Source: a virus (Duplodnaviria; Caudoviricetes). From it: a DNA stretch of 42,362 nt. The stretch is taken from positions 1 to 42,362 of IMG/VR virus record IMGVR_UViG_3300020398_000002. One strand, 5' to 3'. Of this stretch, positions 8,871 to 17,295 are shown one piece after another (within the stretch, counting starts at the first letter, position 1; each line of letters starts with the position of its first letter). The translations under genes and the position numbers were made by a program. The notes beneath the pieces were generated by a model. The model had not been told where the DNA came from and did no database searches. It worked only from the letters and a program-made list of their open reading frames with translations.

Positions 8871-9809
8871 ATGAAATTAAGCAGACCTATAACTTTAAAA
8901 GAATATATAGGACAAGAAAAAACTAAGAAATCTATTAAGGTTTCTTTACAAGCATCAAAGAAAAGAAACGATGCCTTCCCTCACGTACTTTTGCATGGAG
9001 GAAGTGGACTTGGAAAAACAACATTAGCGTACACAATAGCTAATGAATTTGGTTCTAAGTGCAGAACATTTCTAGCACCTACTATTAAATCTCCAGAAGT
9101 ATTAGAGGTTGCATTACTTAAATGTACTAAGGGAGATATGATTTTTATAGATGAAGTTCATGCTCTTCCAAAGAAAACTCAGGAGTCACTTTATACAGCA
9201 ATGGAAGATGGAGTAATTCATTATGATAATGGAGTAGTTGATTCTATTCAGTTAGAACCATTTACATGTATTACTGCTACTACTGATCTAGGAAAACTCA
9301 CTGCACCTTTTAGAGAAAGATTTGGATTTATTTTTCCACTTAGTCCTTATTCCTATAATGAGATTGAATCAATTATAAAAATTAATATAAAGAAGTTAGA
9401 TTTAAAAATTACTAATAAAGCATTAGATATGTTAGGTAAATGCTCTAGGAAAAATCCTAGAACTGCAAACAGATTAATCGAAAGATGTTATGACACAGCA
9501 ACAATTAAAGATACTAGAAGTATTAGTAAAGAGATTGTTGATGAGACTATGGATAATCTTCAAATAGATCATAACGGTCTTACTACTTATGACTTATTAA
9601 TCTTAGAAGCATTATGTATAAAGTTTGAAGGAAATCCAGTAGGACTTAAAAATTTATCTCTAGTGGTAAACATAGATCAGTCTGCAATAGAAACTATTTA
9701 TGAGCCGTGGCTTTTGGAATTAAATTTAATAGATCGGACTCCTAGAGGGAGAATGATTACTAAAAAAGGATTGGTGTACTTTGCAGAAAACGATTCGCAA
9801 AACTCATAA
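8871..9809 (+). CDS. ruvB: RuvB-like Holliday junction branch-migration AAA+ ATPase
   Basis: RPxTLxEYIGQ, Walker A GGSGLGKTT, Walker B IFIDEVH, LYTAMED, ATT...LTAPFRERFG, EPWLL...RTPRGR winged-helix C-terminus. Confidence 0.93.
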   Translation: MKLSRPITLKEYIGQEKTKKSIKVSLQASKKRNDAFPHVLLHGGSGLGKTTLAYTIANEFGSKCRTFLAPTIKSPEVLEVALLKCTKGDMIFIDEVHALPKKTQESLYTAMEDGVIHYDNGVVDSIQLEPFTCITATTDLGKLTAPFRERFGFIFPLSPYSYNEIESIIKINIKKLDLKITNKALDMLGKCSRKNPRTANRLIERCYDTATIKDTRSISKEIVDETMDNLQIDHNGLTTYDLLILEALCIKFEGNPVGLKNLSLVVNIDQSAIETIYEPWLLELNLIDRTPRGRMITKKGLVYFAENDSQNS

Positions 9810-10221
9810 GATGATTGCTATGGAATATCAATATGGAAAACACATTGATGATCTTATTCTTGAAACTCTAGCTAATTCTGAAGGTGAACAAAAAGAAGCA
9901 AGTAGAAAATTAAATATGTCTGAAGCTACTCTATGTAGATGGATACATGAACTTGATTTAACAAGAAATGTTTCTAAGATCAGAAAGAACTTTGGACTTC
10001 CACCTACAACTAGAGAACTAAGAATGGAAACTAAATCAGGAGAGGAGTTAATTTCCATTGCAGTTATTTCTCCATGTACAGAATGTGGAAAAAGATTTGA
10101 GGAATTAAAAATTCATAATGTCACAGGAGTGAATACAGGTAATGATGAACTCATTGCGGTAGTTAGAGATGAGATGAATATTAAACATTGGTTTAAACTT
10201 GATCCCTCACGAGAAGAATAA
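9781..10221 (+). CDS. HTH DNA-binding protein with CxxC
   Basis: QKEASRKLNMSEATLCRWI HTH; CTEC. Confidence 0.7.
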   Translation: MQKTIRKTHKMIAMEYQYGKHIDDLILETLANSEGEQKEASRKLNMSEATLCRWIHELDLTRNVSKIRKNFGLPPTTRELRMETKSGEELISIAVISPCTECGKRFEELKIHNVTGVNTGNDELIAVVRDEMNIKHWFKLDPSREE

Positions 10222-10273
10222 CGCTTGTATCTTTATATATAAAACATAGGTGGCAGATATTTAAATTCTTCCA

Positions 10274-10306
10274 TCTTGTATACAACATACAAGAAAGCAT
10301 TATAAT
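10274..10306 (+). promoter_or_regulatory. Dyad operator overlapping a putative promoter
   Basis: TCTTGTAT-ACAAC-ATACAAGA inverted repeat; TTGTAT-19 nt-TATAAT. Confidence 0.45.
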
Positions 10307-10322
10307 AAAAATAGAGAGAGTA

Positions 10323-10643
10323 ATGTCAACTTTTCCAATAGAAGATGAGTCTATTTTGACTCTACAAACAATTCAAGAAGAATTATTTAAGTTAAATGAT
10401 AGTAAAGATCAGATAACTGCAAGGATAAAAGAATTAACTGGAGAAGTTGATTCAATATTATTAACTCATTTTTATAATCTTGCTCAAGCATCAGATCGAT
10501 TAGACCTATCTCCACAATCTGTATTACGTAGTATTCGTTCTAAAAGATATAAAGGAGTGAATATTGGTAATAAGTGGTATGTAAATCGTGCAGTAATTAA
10601 TGATGAAGTAGAAATAAAAAGAAGATTAGAAAGGGGTGTGTAA
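10323..10643 (+). CDS. Excisionase-like (HTH_17-type) DNA-binding protein
   Basis: YNLAQASDRLDLSPQSVLRSIRSKRYKGVNIGNKWYV pattern. Confidence 0.7.
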   Translation: MSTFPIEDESILTLQTIQEELFKLNDSKDQITARIKELTGEVDSILLTHFYNLAQASDRLDLSPQSVLRSIRSKRYKGVNIGNKWYVNRAVINDEVEIKRRLERGV

Positions 10644-10646
10644 TAA

Positions 10647-11258
10647 ATGTCAATTGAAGGAATAGACTGGAATGCAAACATAGAAGATTTAGAGCAAGAT
10701 ACTGTTGAAGAATGGGAATTTAATTTAAGACATTCCAACGACAAAGGAGAAAGTGATATTCTTCAAGGTCGTATTGATCCTCAACTTGGAAGAATAGTAG
10801 ATGAACTTATTCAAGAATCTAAAGGTCGTGGTATTCCAATTAAAACAAGAAGTGACTTTGTTCGTCTTTCAGTATTTAGGACTGCTACTGATTTGCAAAA
10901 ACATCTTAATAGCGATAACGAGCATGTATCTCATTATCTACTTCATGAAAAACAAATAATGAGTGAAGCACAAAAATCTGCAATGTTAGAAAGAGTTTTA
11001 ACTTCTGTACAAATGCTTACAAAAGGTTTAGCAGTTCTTTCATCTAGTGGAAGAGAAGATTGGAATGAGGTTAATAAAAGAATTACTAACTTCCTTAAAC
11101 CTGCATTAGAAATCTATGCAAGCCAACCATTTCTAGGGAAATTATATATTACAGAATTGTTTTCATATTCAAGATTTTCAGAAATCCTTGAATCATTAAA
11201 GGCAAATAAAAAGATTAGTAAAATAATTAAGGAGGCACAAAAGATATATGAATCCTAA
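10647..11258 (+). CDS. Putative ribbon-helix-helix DNA-binding protein
   Basis: QGRIDPQLGRIVDELI...KTRSDFVRLSV resembles RHH (CopG/NikR-type). Confidence 0.55.
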   Translation: MSIEGIDWNANIEDLEQDTVEEWEFNLRHSNDKGESDILQGRIDPQLGRIVDELIQESKGRGIPIKTRSDFVRLSVFRTATDLQKHLNSDNEHVSHYLLHEKQIMSEAQKSAMLERVLTSVQMLTKGLAVLSSSGREDWNEVNKRITNFLKPALEIYASQPFLGKLYITELFSYSRFSEILESLKANKKISKIIKEAQKIYES

Positions 11259-12852
11259 AACTTATGGGATGCCTTATGACTTTATGAGAGAGGGTCAGCT
11301 TGAGGCAATTAAGTGGATAGAGGAAAAGGATTGGTTACTTGATAGAACATCTAAGAAGATTAAAGTTATTGAAGCACCAACTGGAACAGGTAAAACAGGA
11401 TTAGTTTTATATTTATCTGCTAAAAATCCATCATTAAGAGTTCTCGTACTTTGTGCTACTAAGCTAGAACAAGAACAATATGAAGCAAATGTAACAAATA
11501 AATATGTAGGATTTACTTCTGTTAAGGGACGTAATAATTTTCATTGTCACCTTGACAGTCCAATATCTACAACAGAATGCACACATAGCACTTGCTTTGA
11601 AACTCATGTTGATACAGCTAAGTGTTCTATTCAAGGTAAGAATAAATTTATATGTCCAATAAGAAGTGAGTGTGCTTACTTCCAACAGATTGATGATATT
11701 AAACAAAAGAAAGTTATTGTAACTAATTATGCTTATGGGTTAACCATGCTTAATTATAATCCTCAAGCATTAGGAAGTTTTGATCTTATTGTTAGTGATG
11801 AAGGTCATGTGCTAGATGAAATGCTAGAGCAATTCATTCAAGTTAAATTATGGGATCGACAAATGGATCGACTCTATGGTTTGTCTATTCCAGATTTTGG
11901 AACAGTAGCACAATGGCAAAGGTGGTGTGAAGAAAATTCTTATGCAATAGATAAACTTTATGATTCAACTCATGATCTTAATGCAAGTGAAATGAGTAAA
12001 GAAGAAATAAGTCTAGCTACAAGAGCAGAGACTATAAAGGAATCTTTTGAAAGCATAAAGAGTATGGATGTTAATTGGGTTGTAGAACGACTCAGAGATT
12101 CAGTTGAATTTAAACCAGTATGGGTTACTGAACGTAGTGATGATGTTCTATTCTCACATTCACCTAAACATATTGTTATGAGTGGAACTATTCCATCTGG
12201 TGAAGAGTTAACTAAAAAGGTTGGGATTAACTCTAAGGATTTTTCTTTCTATAGATTGCCTTATACGTTTCCACCAGAGAATCGTCAGATTATATTAAGA
12301 CCAACAGCATCTATGTCATCTAAGAATATTGATATGAATCTTCCTGTTATTAGAGAAAAGATAGATAAGATTATTGATAATAACTTAGATAAGAAAATAT
12401 TAATCCATACAGTTAATTACAAGATTGCAAGATACATTGAGCAAAGAAGTAGACATTCAGATTACTTGTTTACTCATGATAGTAAAAGCAGGACTAGAGT
12501 TCTTAATAACTTTAAAAAAGCTACAGCCCCTGCTGTTCTGATCTCACCATCTTTTGATAAAGCAGTTGATCTGCCTGATAAAGAATGTGAATTAATTATT
12601 GTTGCTAAACTACCTTTCCCTTACTTGGGATCAAAGGTAATGCAAAAAAGACTAAGAGAATCTAGGAGGTATTACGACCATGAGACATTAGCTACCTTAA
12701 TACAGATGGCAGGTAGAGGTGTAAGAAATGAGAATGATATTTGTCCCACCATCATTCTTGATTCTTCTGCACCATCATTTATTCAAAGGTGTGGGACAAC
12801 TGGATTAATTCCAGACGGCATCAAAGTAGCAATTCGTAGAGAAGGAGTTTAA
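11248..12852 (+). CDS. DinG/XPD-family SF2 helicase with probable Fe-S cluster
   Basis: Q-motif REGQ, EAPTGTGKT, KGRNNFHC plus Cys cluster, VTNYAY, DEGH, MSGT, KLPFP, QMAGRGVR. Confidence 0.88.
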   Translation: MNPKTYGMPYDFMREGQLEAIKWIEEKDWLLDRTSKKIKVIEAPTGTGKTGLVLYLSAKNPSLRVLVLCATKLEQEQYEANVTNKYVGFTSVKGRNNFHCHLDSPISTTECTHSTCFETHVDTAKCSIQGKNKFICPIRSECAYFQQIDDIKQKKVIVTNYAYGLTMLNYNPQALGSFDLIVSDEGHVLDEMLEQFIQVKLWDRQMDRLYGLSIPDFGTVAQWQRWCEENSYAIDKLYDSTHDLNASEMSKEEISLATRAETIKESFESIKSMDVNWVVERLRDSVEFKPVWVTERSDDVLFSHSPKHIVMSGTIPSGEELTKKVGINSKDFSFYRLPYTFPPENRQIILRPTASMSSKNIDMNLPVIREKIDKIIDNNLDKKILIHTVNYKIARYIEQRSRHSDYLFTHDSKSRTRVLNNFKKATAPAVLISPSFDKAVDLPDKECELIIVAKLPFPYLGSKVMQKRLRESRRYYDHETLATLIQMAGRGVRNENDICPTIILDSSAPSFIQRCGTTGLIPDGIKVAIRREGV

Positions 12853-13614
12853 ATGGCTACAGAACAAAATTTAAATTGGGGAAACCCAATAGAAGAGTTT
12901 CCTAGTGGTGAGTTCTTTGAGGGGGATTTCGATGGGACAATTACGTCCATAGTTTACGAAACCAATTATTCTAGGTTTCAAATTACGGTATCAGTTAACC
13001 CTGCGGAATATGAATACGAAACTAGGGGAATGGTATTTGATCCTGATACTCCAGTAGAAATACGTGGATATTATTCGATGGGTGGAACTTACGATGAAGA
13101 TGATCCCACTCTAAGCACTTGGCAAATATCTAATGATGGAAAGAGTGTAACAGGTGGTGGACTTCCTAGAAGAAATACAAGAGCAGTTAAATTAATTATG
13201 GCATTACGTGAACATAGTGGTGTTGAAATGGAAGGCTCTGATTTAGGTTCTTTAGAGGGTGCAACAGTCCATTGGAAAGAAATTAAAGAGGTTGTTTTTA
13301 ATCCCTCTACTCAAGAGAATGCAGATAGATTTTTTCGCTATCCTGTTTCTCCTGCATTAGGGGCGAGTGGAGATTCCTCTGCTATCACCAATCAAGCAGA
13401 TTTAGATGAGGCTTATAGCCTTATACAATCTATTCTTGTTAAGAATGGTGACGAGATGATGAGGACAAGAGAACTTCCAACTAAGGCTATAGAGTTTGCT
13501 GATGAATACTCTAGTGAAATTGTTAAGTTGGCTTGTGAGACTACAACTATTGAGTCTGCAATTAGATCAGGAAAGATAGTTAGAGTTGATGAGAGAAACA
13601 TAGCATTAGCCTAA
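12853..13614 (+). CDS. Acidic hypothetical protein, possibly SSB-like
   Basis: 253 aa; beta-rich N-terminus; lies between helicase and exonuclease (position-based inference). Confidence 0.55.
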   Translation: MATEQNLNWGNPIEEFPSGEFFEGDFDGTITSIVYETNYSRFQITVSVNPAEYEYETRGMVFDPDTPVEIRGYYSMGGTYDEDDPTLSTWQISNDGKSVTGGGLPRRNTRAVKLIMALREHSGVEMEGSDLGSLEGATVHWKEIKEVVFNPSTQENADRFFRYPVSPALGASGDSSAITNQADLDEAYSLIQSILVKNGDEMMRTRELPTKAIEFADEYSSEIVKLACETTTIESAIRSGKIVRVDERNIALA

Positions 13615-13616
13615 GA

Positions 13617-13730
13617 ATAATTGGGGAAATCTTTAAAGATTACGTGATTGCAAAAAAATAGAAATGTATCTCCCGATAGCAATTAAATGATTAAGCGACA
13701 ATAAGGTGAAAGTCCTGATCCCCAAGTTAT
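13617..13730 (+). ncRNA. Candidate structured intergenic RNA
   Basis: Closing stem ATAATTGGGGA/TCCCCAAGTTAT enclosing AATCTTTAAAGATT, GATTGC/GCAATT and AGG-TGAAAGT-CCT hairpins. Confidence 0.45.
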
Positions 13731-13740
13731 GGAGAGAGAG

Positions 13741-14376
13741 ATGAAAACAAATAGAGTAGAGGAACAAGAAAGAGACTGGAATAATACTTTAACTTCTTCT
13801 TATGAAAGTAATGATAGAACTGGAGTACATGTTTCAGACTTAACACTTTGTTTACGACAAACTGCGTTATCTAGACAACATTCTCCTGTTTGGGATGAGT
13901 CTACTCTTTATCGTTTTACGATGGGACGAGCAATGGAGAAGAATTTTTTTTCCTTGTTCGCTCCCACCATGACTCAAGAATTAGAAGTTATTAAAGATGG
14001 AATAGAAGGACATATAGACTTTGCTAGTGATCCTGTTGACTTTGAATGTAAATTAACGTGGAGTAGAGAACCAGAATCTTCAGATGCTTTATTTGAATCT
14101 AAGTTCTGGTGGTTGGAACAAGCCGGTGCTTACACACATATGCGTGGAAGAACCAAGATGAATTTTGTAATTTGTTTCCTTAATCCTGTTCCTAAAATAA
14201 GATGCTATCAAGTTGAATGGGAACAAAGTGAACTCGATGAACTCTGGAAAAGGTTCCTAGAGAACAAGGAGTATTTAGAGTTTAAAGAAATACAAGGACT
14301 ACTACCTAATAAAACTCCTTTGACATGGCTATGTAGAGGATGTGCATATAAGGAAGTTTGTGATGACTCTGGCTAG
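13741..14376 (+). CDS. Cas4-like PD-(D/E)XK exonuclease
   Basis: VSDLTLC, GHID, ECK, QAGAY and C-terminal CRGC...C (split four-Cys Fe-S motif); start after GGAGAGAGAG. Confidence 0.82.
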   Translation: MKTNRVEEQERDWNNTLTSSYESNDRTGVHVSDLTLCLRQTALSRQHSPVWDESTLYRFTMGRAMEKNFFSLFAPTMTQELEVIKDGIEGHIDFASDPVDFECKLTWSREPESSDALFESKFWWLEQAGAYTHMRGRTKMNFVICFLNPVPKIRCYQVEWEQSELDELWKRFLENKEYLEFKEIQGLLPNKTPLTWLCRGCAYKEVCDDSG

Positions 14377-14581
14377 ATTCCAATATGGATATTGCAGTAT
14401 GAGAACTTGTAAAAGACCAATAGGTTATGATCCCAAGTTAGCTGTATCAGTTAAGGGTAATCCTGTATGTCCTAAGTGTGTTGAGAATATTTTAAATAGA
14501 GGTAGGAAAAGTCTAGGCAAAATGCCATTTCCAATTCTACCTAATGCGTATACAAAAGAAAGTTTTGAGAGAAAGGAATAG
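14363..14581 (+). CDS. Small Zn-finger protein
   Basis: CSMRTC...VCPKC; ATG 14363 behind AAGGA. Confidence 0.65.
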   Translation: MTLARFQYGYCSMRTCKRPIGYDPKLAVSVKGNPVCPKCVENILNRGRKSLGKMPFPILPNAYTKESFERKE

Positions 14582-14583
14582 AT

Positions 14584-15345
14584 GTGAATAATTTTGAGAG
14601 TTTGGAAAGTTATTTAAATAATAGACGTAGATTTGTAATGAGTGTTTGGGCAGGAACAGGAATAGGTAAAAGTTACTTTGCACTTACAGCACCTAAACCA
14701 ATTTACTTTCTTAGCATGGAACCTGAAGGGCCATATTGGAGTTTACAAACTGCTTTAGATAATAAGATTATAAGTTCAGAAGATGTACATATTGATGAGA
14801 TTATCAGGAGTGCATTAGGTACAAAGGATGTTCCTCTTGTAAGAACTCTTGTTGATGAAGCAAAGATTTATAGATATATGAAAGACACTATTGAGAATGT
14901 TATTTCTCAAGGTAATGACAATGGAACTCTTGTTATAGATACAGGTACTACTTGGAATCATTTAGTGCAAGAAGTAGAGATGGAAGAGATTAGTAGAAAG
15001 AGAAGTCAACAGGGTAGAGATTTATTTCCCTTTGATTATAGATATGCTAATAAAGCAATGAAGAGTTCTATAGATGCAATTAGAAACTCTAATCTTAACT
15101 GTGTGATTACTCATCACTCCAGTAGTGTTTATAACTCTCAAGGTGCTAAGACTAATCGTATTGAATACTCAGGTAATAACCAATTACCTCAATGGGTAGA
15201 TTTACAAATTCAACTTAAATATTCTCCTGAGAGTAAAGAGAGATATGCAGTTGTAGATAAATGCAGAGTTGATATTGAGAAGATTGGAGAAGAGATAGAC
15301 AATCCATCTTTTGATTCTGTTATTAAGGCAGTAGGTGGTGCGTAA
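14584..15345 (+). CDS. P-loop ATPase, Sak4/AAA_24-like recombination protein
   Basis: Walker A AGTGIGKS, Walker B LVIDT, VITHH; next to the Cas4-like nuclease. Confidence 0.72.
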   Translation: MNNFESLESYLNNRRRFVMSVWAGTGIGKSYFALTAPKPIYFLSMEPEGPYWSLQTALDNKIISSEDVHIDEIIRSALGTKDVPLVRTLVDEAKIYRYMKDTIENVISQGNDNGTLVIDTGTTWNHLVQEVEMEEISRKRSQQGRDLFPFDYRYANKAMKSSIDAIRNSNLNCVITHHSSSVYNSQGAKTNRIEYSGNNQLPQWVDLQIQLKYSPESKERYAVVDKCRVDIEKIGEEIDNPSFDSVIKAVGGA

Positions 15346-15881
15346 TGTTTAATCTATATGTTCCATATAAAATATCTGAATTAACAGAAAATCGTATTGA
15401 GGAAATACATAAGCTACTTGAAAATAATCCTCATATGACTCTTAAAGAAATTGGAGATACATTAGGTGTTACTAGGGAAAGAGTTAGACAAATTATTCTA
15501 GTTAATAATTATAAGTTTGAACATCCAAATAGTTTATATAGAAACCATAGAAATATTAAAAGGATTATACGTTTAGGTAAACTACCTAAGATAAGAGAAT
15601 GCTCTGGATGTACTACTGCAATATCTACACAGAATAAAGGTGGAATGTGTCGTCCCTGTAGAAAAGAATCAAATCTAATTAAACTTATTTGTACTTATTG
15701 TGGAAACAAAGCAACCCTATCTTCACAAGCAAGTGCTATGAGAAGATCGCATATTAAGCGTAATAAAATTAAGAATCCAGACCTTGAGTTTTGTTCACTA
15801 GATTGTTCAAGTAAGTATGTTGGTAGACGTTTCGGAATAGGAAGCAATAGAAGAATATCAAAGGATTGGAATAAACTGTAA
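15345..15881 (+). CDS. Sigma70 region-4-like HTH protein with Zn fingers
   Basis: TLKEIGDTLGVTRERVRQI; CSGC, CRPC, CTYC, FCSLDC. Confidence 0.75.
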   Translation: MFNLYVPYKISELTENRIEEIHKLLENNPHMTLKEIGDTLGVTRERVRQIILVNNYKFEHPNSLYRNHRNIKRIIRLGKLPKIRECSGCTTAISTQNKGGMCRPCRKESNLIKLICTYCGNKATLSSQASAMRRSHIKRNKIKNPDLEFCSLDCSSKYVGRRFGIGSNRRISKDWNKL

Positions 15882-16585
15882 TGATAATCATTGATTCAAA
15901 TCAAGAGTCAATGACTCCAGAACTTAAACAATATATTGAAAAGGAAATTCCTGTTCTTGTTTCTCCACTCGACACAGGAGACATGATGTTTGTTGGAAAG
16001 ATGAATGGAGAATCTGTAAGGATTGGAATGGAGATAAAGAAAACTCCTTCTGATCTTATGGGTAGTTTAAGAGATGGAAGATTAATGACTCAACTCCCAC
16101 GATTAACAGAAGAGTTTGATATGCCTTATCTGTTGTTTGTTGGAGAGAACATTAAAGTAGATTTTAATGAAGGAAAGATACGAGAGAGATTCCATCAATC
16201 TTGGAAAACATCTTCATTCTCCTATCACTATCTTAACTCGATATTAACTCGATTTGAGGCTAGTGGTGGAAGGATTAGAACATTTGAGAATATGGAACAT
16301 CTTGCAGTATTTGTTTTTTCTACATTTAGATGGTGGACTAAAGAGGTTCATACAGAAGAAGTATTTTATAGGAAGAGACATAAGTTTTTAGATTGGAAGT
16401 TAATGAGTGATCCACTTATAGAAATATATGAACGCATGGGTATAGGAGTAAAACGTGCGACTGTGTTAGCAGAGAAGTATCCAACAATGATGGACTTAGT
16501 TCTAGCTGACGAGGAAGAACTAAATTCATTAAGTAATTTTGGTAAGAAAACAGTAAGTAAAATGATGAAATTCATTAAAGGATAA
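15881..16585 (+). CDS. ERCC4/XPF-family structure-specific nuclease with HhH
   Basis: IIIDSNQE, LDTGD, EIKKxxxDLMGSLRDGRL (ERKxxxD-like), two HhH motifs GIGVKRA and NFGKKT. Confidence 0.85.
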   Translation: MIIIDSNQESMTPELKQYIEKEIPVLVSPLDTGDMMFVGKMNGESVRIGMEIKKTPSDLMGSLRDGRLMTQLPRLTEEFDMPYLLFVGENIKVDFNEGKIRERFHQSWKTSSFSYHYLNSILTRFEASGGRIRTFENMEHLAVFVFSTFRWWTKEVHTEEVFYRKRHKFLDWKLMSDPLIEIYERMGIGVKRATVLAEKYPTMMDLVLADEEELNSLSNFGKKTVSKMMKFIKG

Positions 16586-16593
16586 AGAGAGAG

Positions 16594-17295
16594 ATGGTTA
16601 TAAAAGATAAAGAAAAGATTCAAGTGTGGAAAGAATATAAGGTTGGACTCCAGATTAATGGAGAGTTTGGTGGACAAATACCTAGAAGTAAAACAGAAAT
16701 AATAAACATGATTCAAGCTAATGCTCCTAAAACTAAACCAGAAGGAGCAATCCAAAGTTTAGATGAGTTAAGTCAGGAAGTGATTTCTCAGATAGATATT
16801 CAAGATGAAGAATCAGATGATTACATTCCGGGATGGTCTACATTTAAACGTAATGCAAAGAATGAAATTATGTATGAAGGAAGGTGCGTTAGAGGACACT
16901 TAAAGGATTGTGCATTACAAGTTGCAGATTTCTTTCCTGCTATTAAACAGTTCAGAGCAAAGGTTGTTAATGCTCTCTATGTTAAGGAGAGTATGTTTAA
17001 TGTCTATGACTCTTCACGTAATCCTATTGTAGAAGTGGGTGGAGTTGAGCAAAGGTTTATTCATGTTATGACAGCTAGGGGAGAACGTAATGCTATTAAG
17101 TTTTTAGATTATGTTCTTGATCCTTATATTGAATTTACTCTTATGTTAAAGAATGTAAATGCAAGACCACTACATACAATTACTTTAGAGCATATTGAAA
17201 CAATGTTGGCTTATGGTTCTACTCATGGTTTAGGTGCAGAACGCTCTCAAGGATGGGGTAGATATTCTGTTACAGGAATCACAGAAATAAATTAA
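16594..17295 (+). CDS. Stand-alone Cas7/RAMP-superfamily RNA-binding protein
   Basis: N-terminal beta strand plus Gly (YKVGLQINGEFGGQIP); YEGRCVRGHLKD like the RAMP (P)GSSxKGxxR helix; C-terminal G-rich loop YGSTHGLGAERSQGWGRYSV. Confidence 0.82.
   Translation: MVIKDKEKIQVWKEYKVGLQINGEFGGQIPRSKTEIINMIQANAPKTKPEGAIQSLDELSQEVISQIDIQDEESDDYIPGWSTFKRNAKNEIMYEGRCVRGHLKDCALQVADFFPAIKQFRAKVVNALYVKESMFNVYDSSRNPIVEVGGVEQRFIHVMTARGERNAIKFLDYVLDPYIEFTLMLKNVNARPLHTITLEHIETMLAYGSTHGLGAERSQGWGRYSVTGITEIN

Noticed and set aside
10323-10643. Lysogeny module implied by the excisionase-like gene
   Set aside because: No tyrosine or serine integrase or att-like site recognised; the HTH fold alone is not diagnostic
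13729-14376. Cas4 as evidence of a CRISPR adaptation module
   Set aside because: No cas1/cas2; solo Cas4-like exonucleases beside Sak4-like ATPases are common phage recombination genes
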